From Octopus vulgaris (Eukaryota), in assembly GCA_951406725.2 (NCBI GenBank), contig OX597836.1:34968001-35032000 (forward strand): DNA of 64,000 nt, written 5' to 3'. Each line of letters begins with the position of its first letter. Position 1 is the stretch's first letter. Positions 1 through 12,100 of this stretch are shown here, piece after piece. The position numbers and the translations under genes were made by a program. The notes below the pieces were generated by a model. The model searched no databases, was not told where the DNA came from, and saw nothing but the letters and a program-made list of their open reading frames with translations.

Positions 1-3000
1 AACAGCACTGGCATCAGCCGTGACTACAACCTGACTTGTATGGTGCTTTTTATGTACCACTGGCAAGGGTGCCAGTCAAACAGCACTGGCATCAGCCGTG
101 ACTACAACCTGACCTGTATGGTGGTTTTTATGTACCACTGGCAAGGGTGCCATTCAAACAGCACTGCCATCAGCCGTGACTACAACCTGACCTGTATGGT
201 GCTTTTTATGTGCCACTGGCAAGGGTGCCATTCAAACAGCACTGCCATCAGCCGTGACTACAACCTGACCTGTATGGTGCTTTTTATGTGCCACTGGCAA
301 GGGTGCCATTCAAACAGCACTGGCATCAGCCGTGACTACAACCTGACCTGTATGGTGCTTTTTATGTGCCACTGGCAAGGGTGCCATTCAAACAGCACTG
401 CCATCAGCCGTGACTACAACCTGACCTGTATGGTGATTTTTATGTGCCACTGGCAAGGGTGCCAGTCAAACAGCCCTGGCATCAGCCGTGACTACAACCT
501 CACTTGTATGGTGCTTTTTATGTACCACTCGCAAGGGTGCCATTCAAACAGCACTGCCATCAGCCGTGACTACAACCTGACCTGTATGGTGCTTTTTATG
601 TACCACTGGCAAGGGTGCCATTCAAACAGCACTGCCATCAGCCGTGACTACAACCTGACCTGTATGGTGCTTTTTATGTGCCACTGGCAAGGGTGCCATT
701 CGAACAGCACTGGCATCAGCCGTGACTACAACCTGACCTGTATGGTGCTTTTTATGTGCCACTGGCAAGGGTGCCAGTCAAACAGCACTGGCATCAGCCG
801 TGACTACAACCTGACTTGTATGGTGCTTTTTATGTGCCACTGGCAAGGGTGCCAGTCAAACAGCAATGGCATCAGCCGTGACTACAACCTGACCTGTATG
901 GTGCTTTTTATGTACCACTGGCAAGGGTGCCAGTCAAACAGCACTGGCATCAGCCGTGACTACAACCTGACTTGTATGGTGCTTTTTATGTACCACTGGC
1001 AAGGGTGCCAGTCAAACAGCACTGGCATCAGCCGTGACTACAACCTGACCTGTATGGTGCTTTTTATGTACCACTGGCAAGGGTGCCAGTCAAACAGCAC
1101 TGGCATCAGCCGTGACTACAACCTGACCTGTATGGTGCTTTTTATGTGCCACTGGCAAGGGTGCCATTCAAACAGCACTGGCATCAGCCGTGACTACAAC
1201 CTCACTTGTATGGTGCTTTTTATGTACCACTGGCAAGGGTGCCAGTCAAACAGCACTGGCATCAGCCGTGACTACAACCTGACCTGTATGGTGCTTTTTA
1301 TGTGCCACTGGCAAGGGTGCCAGTCAAACAGCACTGGCATCAGCCGTGACTACAACCTGACCTGTATGGTGCTTTTTATGTGCCATTGGCAAGGGTGCCA
1401 TTCAAACAGCACTGCCATCAGCCGTGACTACAACCTGACCTGTATGGTGCTTTTTATGTGCCACTGGCAAGGGTGCCATTCAAACAGCACTGCCATCAGC
1501 CGTGACTACAACCTGACCTGTATGGTGCTTTTTATGTGCCACTGGCAAGGGTGCCATTCAAACAGCCCTGGCATCAGCCGTGACTACAACCTGACCTGTA
1601 TGGTGCTTTTTATGTGCCACTGGCAAGGGTGCCATTCAAACAGCACTGCCATCAGCCGTGACTACAACCTGACCTGTATGGTGCTTTTTATGTGCCACTG
1701 GCAAGGGTGCCAGTCAAACAGCCCTGGCATCAGCCGTGACTACAACCTCACTTGTATGGTGCTTTTTATGTACCACTGGCAAGGGTGCCATTCAAACAGC
1801 ACTGCCATCAGCCGTGACTACAACCTGACCTGTATGGTGCTTTTTATGTGCCACTGGCAAGGGTGCCATTCAAACAGCACTGCCATCAGCCGTGACTACA
1901 ACCTGACCTGTATGGTGCTTTTTATGTGCCACTGGCAAGGGTGCCATTCAAACAGCCCTGGCATCAGCCGTGACTACAACCTGACCTGTATGGTGCTTTT
2001 TATGTGCCACTGGCAAGGGTGCCATTCAAACAGCACTGCCATCAGCCGTGACTACAACCTGACCTGTATGGTGCTTTTTATGTGCCACTGGCAAGGGTGC
2101 CAGTCAAACAGCCCTGGCATCAGCCGTGACTACAACCTCACTTGTATGGTGCTTTTTATGTACCACTCGCAAGGGTGCCATTCAAACAGCACTGCCATCA
2201 GCCGTGACTACAACCTGACCTGTATGGTGCTTTTTATGTACCACTGGCAAGGGTGCCATTCAAACAGCACTGCCATCAGCCGTGACTACAACCTGACCTG
2301 TATGGTGCTTTTTATGTGCCACTGGCAAGGGTGCCATTCAAACAGCACTGGCATCAGCCGTGACTACAACCTGACCTGTATGGTGCTTTTTATGTGCCAC
2401 TGGCAAGGGTGCCAGTCAAACAGCACTGCCATCAGCCGTGACTACAACCTGACCTGTATGGTGCATTTTATGTGCCACTGGCAAGGGTGCCATTCAAACA
2501 GCACTGGCATCAGCCGTGACTACAACCTCACTTGTATGGTGCTTTTTATGTACCACTGGCAAGGGTGCCAGTCAAACAGCACTGGCATCAGCCGTGACTA
2601 CAACCTGACCTGTATGGTGCTTTTTATGTGCCACTGGCAAGGGTGCCATTCAAACAGCACTGGCGTCAGCCATGACTACAACCTCACTTGTATGGTGCTT
2701 TTTATGTACCACTGGCAAGGGTGCAAGTCAAACAGCACTGGCATCAGCCGTGACTACAACCTCACCTGTATGGTGCTTTTTATGTACCACTGGCAAGGTT
2801 GCTAGACAAACAGCACTGGTGTCAGCCGTGACTACAACCTCACTTGTATGGTGCTTTTTATGTGCCACTGGTAAGGGTGCCAGTCAAACAGCACTGGCAT
2901 CAGCCGTGACTACAACCTGACCTGTATGGTGCTTTTTATGTGCCACTGGCAAGGGTGCCAGTCAAACAGCACTGGCGTCAGCCGTGACTACAACCTCACT

Positions 3001-3965
3001 TGTATGGTGCTTTTTATGTACCACTGGCAAGGGTGCCATTCAAACAGCACTGGCGTCAGCCGTGACTACAACCTCACTTGTATGGTGCTTTTTATGTACC
3101 ACTGGCAAGGGTGCCAGTCAAACAGCACTGGCATCAGCCGTGACTACAACCTCACCTGTATGGTGCTTTTTATGTGCCACTGGCAAGGGTGCCATTCAAA
3201 CAGCACTGGCATCAGCCGTGACTACAACCTCACTTGTATGGTGCTTTTTATGTACCACTGGCAAGGGTGCCAGTCAAACAGCACTGGCATCAGCCGTGAC
3301 TACAACCTCACCTGTATGGTGCTTTTTATGTACCACTGGCAAGGGTGCCAGTCAAACAGCACTGGCATCAGCCGTGACTACAACCTCACCTGTATGGTGC
3401 TTTTTATGTGCCACTGGCAAGGGTGCCAGTCAAACAGCACTGGCATCAGCCGTGACTACAACCTCACCTGTATGGTGGTTTTTATGTGCCACTGGCAAGG
3501 GTGCCAGTCAAACAGCACTGGCGTCAGCCGTGACTACAACCTCACCTGTATGGTGCTTTTTATGTGCCACTGGCAAGGGTGCCAGTCAAACAGCACTGGC
3601 GTCAGCCGTGACTACAACCTCACTTGTATGGTGCTTTTTATGTACCACTGGCAAGGGTGCCAGTCAAACAGCACTGGCATCAGCCGTGACTACAACCTCA
3701 CTTGTATGGTGCTTTTTATGTACCACTGGCAAGGGTGCCAGTCAAACAGCACTGGCATCAGCCGTGACTACAACCTGACCTGTATGGTGCTTTTTATGTG
3801 CCACTGGCAATGGTGACAGTCAAACAGCACTGGCGTCAGCCGTGACTACAACCTCACCTGTATGGTGCTTTTTATGTGCCACTGGCAAGGGTGCCAGTCA
3901 AACAGCACTGGCGTCAGCCGTGACTACAACCTCACTTGTATGGTGCTTTCTATGTGCCACTGGTG
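1..3965. repeat. 78-bp tandem satellite (~50 copies, truncated by the window start), probably in an EFR3 intron
   Basis: Unit tgtatggtgctttttatgt(a/g)ccactggcaagggtgcca(g/t)tcaaacagcactg(g/c)catcagccgtgactacaacct(g/c)ac(c/t) repeats head-to-tail with period 78. It gives the 26-aa repeat ORFs 40-2805 and 2926-3816. Confidence 0.97.
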
Positions 3966-4188
3966 CTTTTCATGTTCCAGTTACATAACACTGGCATTGG
4001 CCAGACTATGATCTCACTTACGGCATTGGCCACAGCTATGATTTCACTTGGCTTGGCAGGTCTTTTCAAACACAGCACAAATGATAGTATTTTTTTTCCT
4101 AGTAATAAATCTTTCAAAATTGATGCTACTTATCTACTCTAGAGAATTCTGTATGTCTTATCATATTCCTGTCTCTTTTTCTCAACAG

Positions 4189-4319
4189 TTACCCGATTGA
4201 TTTCACGCTCCGAGAGAACTGGTTGTTCTCCCAGAAAGCCATAGCTGAGAGCTTACAGAACAATGGTCACGATACTGCTGGTTTGGATGTTCCTTTCAGT
4301 CTGAGACCTCTTGGTATAG
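4189..4319 (+). CDS. EFR3: EFR3 internal exon (YPIDFTLRENWLFSQKAIAESLQNNGHDTAGLDVPFSLRPLGI)
   Basis: Polypyrimidine tract and caacag acceptor. Donor AG|gttcgt after 4319; an alternative same-phase donor G|gtatag lies after 4313. Resembles the EFR3 'KIAESL..SGY...L.VP' segment. Confidence 0.8.
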
Positions 4320-5494
4320 GTTCGTAGACGCTATTTTTTTCCTTCTCTCTCATTTTCCACCTATTTGCTCTGCACTTTCTCATCCAACTTTTATTTCTCC
4401 TTCCTTTATGCATATACATATATCATCGCCATCATCATTTAACACTCGCTTTCCATACTGGCACGGGATTAGATGGTTTGATTGGAACTGTCAAACTGGA
4501 GAGCTGCACCAGGTTTGGTGGCTGCCCCCTCGTTATCGAGTATGGCCATTGCACGAAGCTTAATCAATGTTGTTATCGTGCAATGCCTGTGCAAGAAGAT
4601 TTTTTTTTAAAGTGAGGAAAGGCTGTGCTCTGAGTCAATCTCACTCACTAAGCAACAGCAGCCATAATCCAAAAAGAAGAACAAGTCAACATCATTGGTA
4701 ACCACTGAGCTTCAGATTTATATCGGAGTTATCCCAGTTACCTGAGTTACCTTCTCCTAGAATGATGCCCTAACAAAGGCTAGGAGTCCTTCACTCCCAA
4801 TGGTTTAACTGCGCGATCGGGTATTCAGTCCGAATATTTCTATGTCTCCACGCATGATACAGCCTTAAGACATTTATTGGATGGCCGTTGACTCTCAAGA
4901 GTTCCTCCGCATTTTGACAGGTTTTGTTTTTCATCCTGCAGGGTGACCAATAAACACCCTCCTCACCAAGCCAGCTTGGTGGGGTTGCCGGTTTAGTCGC
5001 CGACGACCCGACCATGCAACAGGTTGTACTGGGTTACATGTTACCAGTAGCACTCGAAAGTGACCTGACTAGGTTTACATGCATGCATGCATACATACAT
5101 ACACATGAAGCGGGAGGGTGTACTGAAAAGTTCCTGGCTTTAAGAGTGTTGCGAAAGGCCTGTTTGGAAACCCAACCTTCCGAGTTCCTTCATGAGGCTC
5201 TGCAAAACTGAAGGCTTGCTGCATTAAGTATGTGAATCCGAGAGAGGAATCATCATCATCGTTTAACGTCCGCTTTCCATGCTAGGATGAGTTGGACGGT
5301 TCGACTGGGGTCTGGGAAGCCAGGAGGCTGCACCAGACTCCAGTCTGATCTGGCAGTGTTTCTACAGCTGGTTGTCCTTCCTAACGCTAATATGTTGAGT
5401 AAAATCATAATTAACTGATCCCCTTGTATTTCATTTTACCCAAAGCCAGGAACTTTTCAGCACCCACTTCTAATTACACACACACATACACACG

Positions 5495-5539
<45 letters not shown>

Positions 5540-6414
5540 CTATATATACACAGATACACACATCCATGCAAATATACATTTCTGTATACATACATTTATA
5601 TTTCAAACAATTACAAAGAACACAGAGACTGGTGTGTCATCAGATTTTTCTTTTGATTTTGTAATTGGTCATACTTCATAATTATTTGATTATATTATAC
5701 CTTAATTAGTATGACTAACTGTAAAATTAAAAGAAATACTAGACAATGTACTAGTCTCTATATTATTTGTAATGTTTTGAAATTTACACTTCTGGTAATA
5801 TTCCTAATCCAGAGAAGCGAACCCAGAGTTACCCATCAGAAGAATTATTGCAGGATTTCTCAGACTAAGCGATCATCATCATCATCATCATCATCATCAA
5901 CAACCGTTTTTCATGCTAGCATGGGTTGGACGTTTCGACCGGGGTCTGGGAAGCCAGGAGGCTGCACCAGGCTCCAGTCTGATCTGGCAGTGTTTCTACA
6001 GCTGGATGCCCTTCCTAACACCAACCACACCGTGAGTGTAATGGGTGCTTTTTACGTGCCACCGTCACAGGTGCCAGGGGAGGCTGGCAACAGACACGAT
6101 AAGTTGGTGCTTTTTACGTGCCCCAACCGATTGTAGCTGTTGCCAGCCTCCTCGGCCCCCTGTGCTGGTGGCACATAAAAAGCACCCACTACACTCACGG
6201 TGTGGTTGGTGTTAGGAAGGGCATCCAGCTATAGAAACACTGCCAGATCAGACTGGAGCCTGGTGCAGCAGTCTGATCTGGCAGTGTTTCTACAGCTGGA
6301 TGCCCTTATCATTGATATTTATTGCTACTGGATGTGGTTAACTGTAACCTGGAATATATGTACCACAGAACTATCACAGTACCTGCCTAGATAATTTATC
6401 CCTATATACTTACC

Positions 6415-6451
<37 letters not shown>

Positions 6452-8251
6452 TACACATACTTACAAATATACATATGTATATAACGCAAATATTGTGGCT
6501 GGTGCTAGCGGCCATGCTGGGGCACCACCGTTCGGTGTTGCTACATGATTTTACTTCACGAATGCTTTTTAGCAATTGACATTTGGTGCATGAGAGAGTT
6601 TGATGCAGCTGCCCTCATCTGCACCTCCTGCCATGAAGTTGGTTCATCTGGGACACCTGACAGGAAGAGGTCCAGCTTTATTTGAAAGACATCTGCATCC
6701 ACCCCATGCAGGTCTCTCAGGTCCTTCGGGAGGATATTGAAGAGCTGTGGACCTCTGAAGCCCAGGCTATCGCAGTATCTTGTCCTACATCTTGATTCAT
6801 AATGAATTCATAATGTTTATGAATTTGAAATTTTTTTTCAACTCCATTTCGCTGTAGTCGTAGATACTTCCTTAGGTGTTGCATTCTCGTTTCTGCACCT
6901 TTCCATGATCGCATGGGTTGGAGCAAATTTGTTGAAGTTAATTTTCAAGAGAAATGTGTTTGCCTGCCATCCTTTCAAAGTCAGTGAAATAGATACCAGT
7001 TATGCATTAGTACTTGCAAGCATCCTCCAGGTCCTCGCCCACGAGAGATATTGGCTGCCAGATGTCAGTTGGAACCAATGACCTCATCACCTTTGACTTG
7101 GCAGTATTGATTCGGAGACCAACCGCGGCTGCTGCCGCTTGAACATCCTCCCTTCCATCTGTCCTTCTGCAACGGCGCTTGCGGTGGTTTGGCCATGTAT
7201 GTAGGCGTCCGGTGGGTGAACTGAGCTGTGATGTCCTTCTCCCCACTCCACTTCCCAACTGGCGGAAACGCGCGGGCGGGCAGCTGAAGACCTGGGTTAC
7301 GACAATCAAGGAGGACCTCTCCGAGCTCACGGGTCCACAGGTGGTCGGCCTGCGCCGATGGAACCGTGACTGGCTCGCTATCTCCAGTGAACTGGCGCAG
7401 GAGCTGCCATGGTTCGAATGCCTCGAGGGTGGTAGAAGAAGGGTGAATATCGCCACAAGCACAAGTAGCAAGTACTTGCAAACAGATGAGGGCTGGTGAC
7501 AGCAAAGGTAACTTGGCAGAATTTGAACTCAGAACATAAAGCTGAATGAAATGCCGCTAAGCATTTTGCCCAGCATGCTAACAACTCTGCCAGCTCACCA
7601 TTCTTTCATTCTCTTCATATGAAAAAAAAAAAAAAAAAGATTGCTCTGACATGTTTCATGGCTGGTTGGCCACTCTTCAGAGGACAAGCTTCTCCCACCC
7701 ATCTGCTTACAGAGAGAACTATGTAGCAATCACTATTTAAATCAGTCAAAAACTAGTTCCTGACTATAATGCTTAGATTGATGTACATATCATGCAATTG
7801 TGGTATTCATTTTTCAGGTGACACCAGTGATATGACACACAGCACAAGCGATATCCATTCGGTGAACCTGGATTTTGATAGCACTAATGGATCACCTACA
7901 GTACCAAAGGTAAGTTTGGTAGAAGCAAAAAAAAAAATAATGTGGGAGCCTCTACATAGTCATTCGACCTGCTAGAAATAGCAGTCAAATCTCTCCTCAA
8001 ACCCTACCTCTTTCTTTTTCTTTCTCTCTTTTACTTGTTTCAGTCATTTGACTGCGGCCATGCTGGAGCACCGCCTTTAGTCGAGCAAATCGACTGTAGG
8101 ACTTATTCTTTTGTAAGCCCAGTACTTATTCTATCGGTCTCTTTTGCCGAACCGCTAAGTGACGGGGACGTAAACACATCAGCATCAGTTATCAAGCGAT
8201 GTTGGGGGGGACAAACACAGACACGCAAACATATACATACATACATACATA

Positions 8252-8328
<77 letters not shown>

Positions 8329-9060
8329 GCGATGGGCTTCTTTCAGTTTCTGTCTACCAAATCCACTCAAGGCTTTGGTTGCCCAAGGCTATAGTAGAAG
8401 GCACTTGCCCAAGGTGCCACGCAGTGGGACTGAACCCGGAACCATGTGGCTCGTAAGCAAGCAACTTACCACACAGCCACTCCTACGCCTATACCCTGTC
8501 TTTTTTTTTAATATTATGCTCTAAGACTACACTGCTTCATGTAGTCCTGAAATAATGAAAGCAAGTACAGGACTAGAACTTCTTCGATGGAAGGTTTACT
8601 GGATCATCACGGGCCTGTGACTGAACAACCAGTTAAAGATTCAACTACCTGCAGTCACCTATTATAAATTATTTTTAACCGGAAGTCAGCTCAGGTCAAC
8701 TTGGCCTCTGATCAAAGGTGTTCGCTCTATGGCAATCATGTTCTTGCTTTTCCTGTTGGTTGGCATTTGATGTAGATTTGGTTACCGAGCAACCACTTAA
8801 TGGCTCTGTAGTTCATCATATAGAGTCCTTCCGTTATTCTGTTTCTTATTTCAGTCATTTCACTGCGAACATGCTGGAGCACTACCCTAAAGAGGGTCTT
8901 TTAGTTGAACAAATCGACCCCAGGACTTATTCTTTGTAAGACTAGTACTTATTCTATAGACCTCTTTTGCCAAACTGCTAAGTTACAGGGACATAAACCC
9001 ACCAACATTGACTGTGAAGCAGTGGTGGGGGACAAACAAAGACACACACACACAAATATA

Positions 9061-9110
<50 letters not shown>

Positions 9111-12100
9111 TAAAAAAGGAAAATACACACACTTAAATAGTTTTAATATAATTTTTAATATATCGATTGGTTTCGCTATCGCTATTCATGATATTATGTT
9201 TTACTTATTTGAATATATATTTTTTCTTAAGAAGAAATTTTGTTCATGTTTTGTGTGATGTAATTCACGAGTGAATGACTTCACAAGTAGTTGAATAAAG
9301 AGAGGTAATTGGTTGTCGTTATTATTGTTATTTATTGTTATTTATTTCTGTAATGGGAGGGGAATATATATGTGTACGGACTGAGACAAATTTCAAAAAC
9401 CTTGTTTAGTGAGGGGATTTATGTACAGTGTTGTAATCGTGAATTGAAATATGTAAAAAGATAAAATTTGGTTATATGTGCATATTAAGACGTGTTTTGT
9501 ATTTTTCAATGAAAAAAGTTTCTTTATTTAAATGTTCTCGTTGAGAGATTGTGTCTTTGCACTGGTAGAAAGGGAAGACTGTGAACTTTTGTTTGTTATC
9601 GGCATATTTTTCTGTGTTCACTGAGAGGAATTTGTCATGGTCATACTTGTTTGTCGAATTTAGTGGTGTCTGCAACCTGAGAAGGTTATTACATAAATTA
9701 GGTTTTCAGAGGCACAATTGAAACTAGTTTTAATTCTGAACCTCTGTCCTTTGAAAAGGAAATCCAAGCCGTCAAGCAGTTTGGGCGTCCACATTTTTCA
9801 ACTGTTGGTTTCGTGGTTGTTTTGTAAAGCTTCGCATTTGTTAGTAGTCTCTTTAGCGATTTGTCTTGTATTTTTTGCACGTGATGAGTTTGTGTGTTTT
9901 CAGGATGTCGTTCATTTTTTAATCTCTAGCTAGTAAAGGAAGAGTTTGCGCAATAGTGTTGAATGCATCACTGTGTCTGGGGTTGTGCATTGATATAAAT
10001 AATAATGTTTTGAGTTGAGGTGTGGTGTTATATTTTGTTGTTCTTAGTGTTTTTGTGTTTAATTGTTTGGCACGTTTAATTCCCTTGTCGATAAGTGAGG
10101 GTGGATATTGTCTTTCAATAAGCGTTGTTTTGAGGTCTTGAAGACAAAGGTCCCGAGTTGTTCTATCAGACACTATTGTGCAAATCCTTTTTGCTAAATT
10201 GAAAGGGATGTTTATTTTGATGTGTTTCGGGTGGCATGAGTTAAAGGGAAGATATTATTTTGAATCAGTTGGCTTGTAATAAATGTCAGTTATGATTTCA
10301 TTGTTAACTTTTTTTATCATGATGTCTAAAAATGGGAGTTGTTCTTTGTTATATTCCATTATGAATTGACTGTTACTATTTATATCATTTAGTGTTGATT
10401 TGAAGTCCAAAAGTTTGTCGATGTTCTCCTTCCAAATGATAAAGCAGCCAATTTTCTCTTATGTAGAGGTAAAATGGGTAACCATATTTCTGAAGTGATA
10501 CTTCATATAAGGTGAATTCAAAATAACCCATTATTAGGTTCGCAAGAACCGGAGCTGCTTTTGTTCCCATCGCAATTCGGCATTTCTGACGATAGTATGT
10601 GTCATCAAATAGGAAATAATTGTTCTGAAGTATAAATTTTAAGGATTCAATAATAAAGATCTAGTTTATGCATTCTTGGAGGACTTTGGGGTACTTTTCC
10701 AACCAGAATTTAATTGCTTTTATTCCATAGTCATGGGGGATGTTGGTGTAAAGATTAATAACATCAAAGGTAACCAATATTGCCTCTTCATTAATTGTTT
10801 TTAGTAGGTGTTCTAGCATGTCTAAATCATCTCTCTTTTACTCTTTTACTTGTTTCAGTCATCTGACTGCGGCCATGCTGGAGCACCGCCTTTAATCGAG
10901 CAACTCAACCCCGGGACTTATTCTTTTGTAAGCCCAGTACTTATTCTATCGGTCTCTTTTGCTGAACCGCTAAGTAACGGGGACATAAACACACCAGCAT
11001 TGGTTGTCAAGCAATGCTAGGGGGACAAACACAACCACACACACGCATATATACGACGGGCTTCTTCAGTTTCCGTCTACCAAATCCACTCACAAGGCTT
11101 TGGTTGGCCCGAGGCTATAGTAGAAGACACTTGCCCAAGGTGCCATGCAGTGGGATTGAACCCGGAACCATGTGGTTGGTAAGCAAGCTCCTTACCACAC
11201 AGCCACTAATGAAACTTTTGATGTATTTCAGCAAGGGTTTCAGTAGGATGTCTAGAAAATTGCTTAGGTGTGGGTTTCACAGGCTGGCCCAGCTACAATG
11301 GGTCTTAAAGTCAAGTCTTCTGGCGTTCTTGTTAAGATGGTTGAGGTGTTATTTGAGAGAGATTTAGTTGCTATATCTATCTGGTTCAGCAGCAGTGTAG
11401 AGGTGCATTTATTGGCTCTTATGCTGTATGTGGTATAGTACACTGCAGTGTGAGTGGTGTGATGTACACTGCGGTGAGAGCAGTGTGTTCTAGTACACTG
11501 CAGCATGAGTGGTGCATTATAGTACACTGCAGAATGAATATGGCATGGTATACTAGTGTCGTGTAGTATACAACAATGTACTTTGAGTGGTATACTGTGT
11601 GTTGTAGTACATTAGGTTATGGTATGCGAGCTGGCAGAAGGTGGCGGGCTGGCAGAAACGTTAGCATGCAGGGCGAAATGCGTAGCCGTATTTCGTCTGC
11701 CGTTATGTTCTGAGTTCAAATTCCGCCGAGGTCGACTTTGCCTTTCATCCTTTCGGGGGTCGATTAATTAAGTACCAGTTGCGCACTGGGGTCGATATAA
11801 TCGACTTAATCCATGTGTGGGTTTACATATGTATGATGAAATTTTGGTAGGAAGTATGGTATGATGAAAATTTCGTGTGGTTTGGTGTAATGCTTGGCAT
11901 ACTGTTATGTGATATCAAGCAGTGCATTGTCATGTTGTGTGATATGCTGCGGTGTATCACACCTCCATATGTCGTAGCTAAATATACGATTGTTTATCTA
12001 TAACTAAGTGTATTTGTTTCTGTTTCCAGAAAGTCGATGATGTCACGTTCGATGCACTCAAGAAAATGCTCAGTAAGTTCCTTTGTTTGATATTGGCTCT

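Noticed and set aside
40-3816. 921-aa and 296-aa Cys/His-rich repeat ORFs as a real protein (e.g. zinc-finger or metal-binding array)
   Set aside because: The 78-bp period is divisible by 3 and one frame lacks stops by chance. Variants are largely non-synonymous, stops occur at 2803 and 3814, the spacing does not fit C2H2, and the unit resembles a non-coding RTE 3' UTR repeat.
1-3965. CRISPR-like array
   Set aside because: No unique spacers: the whole unit repeats. The context is eukaryotic with no cas genes.
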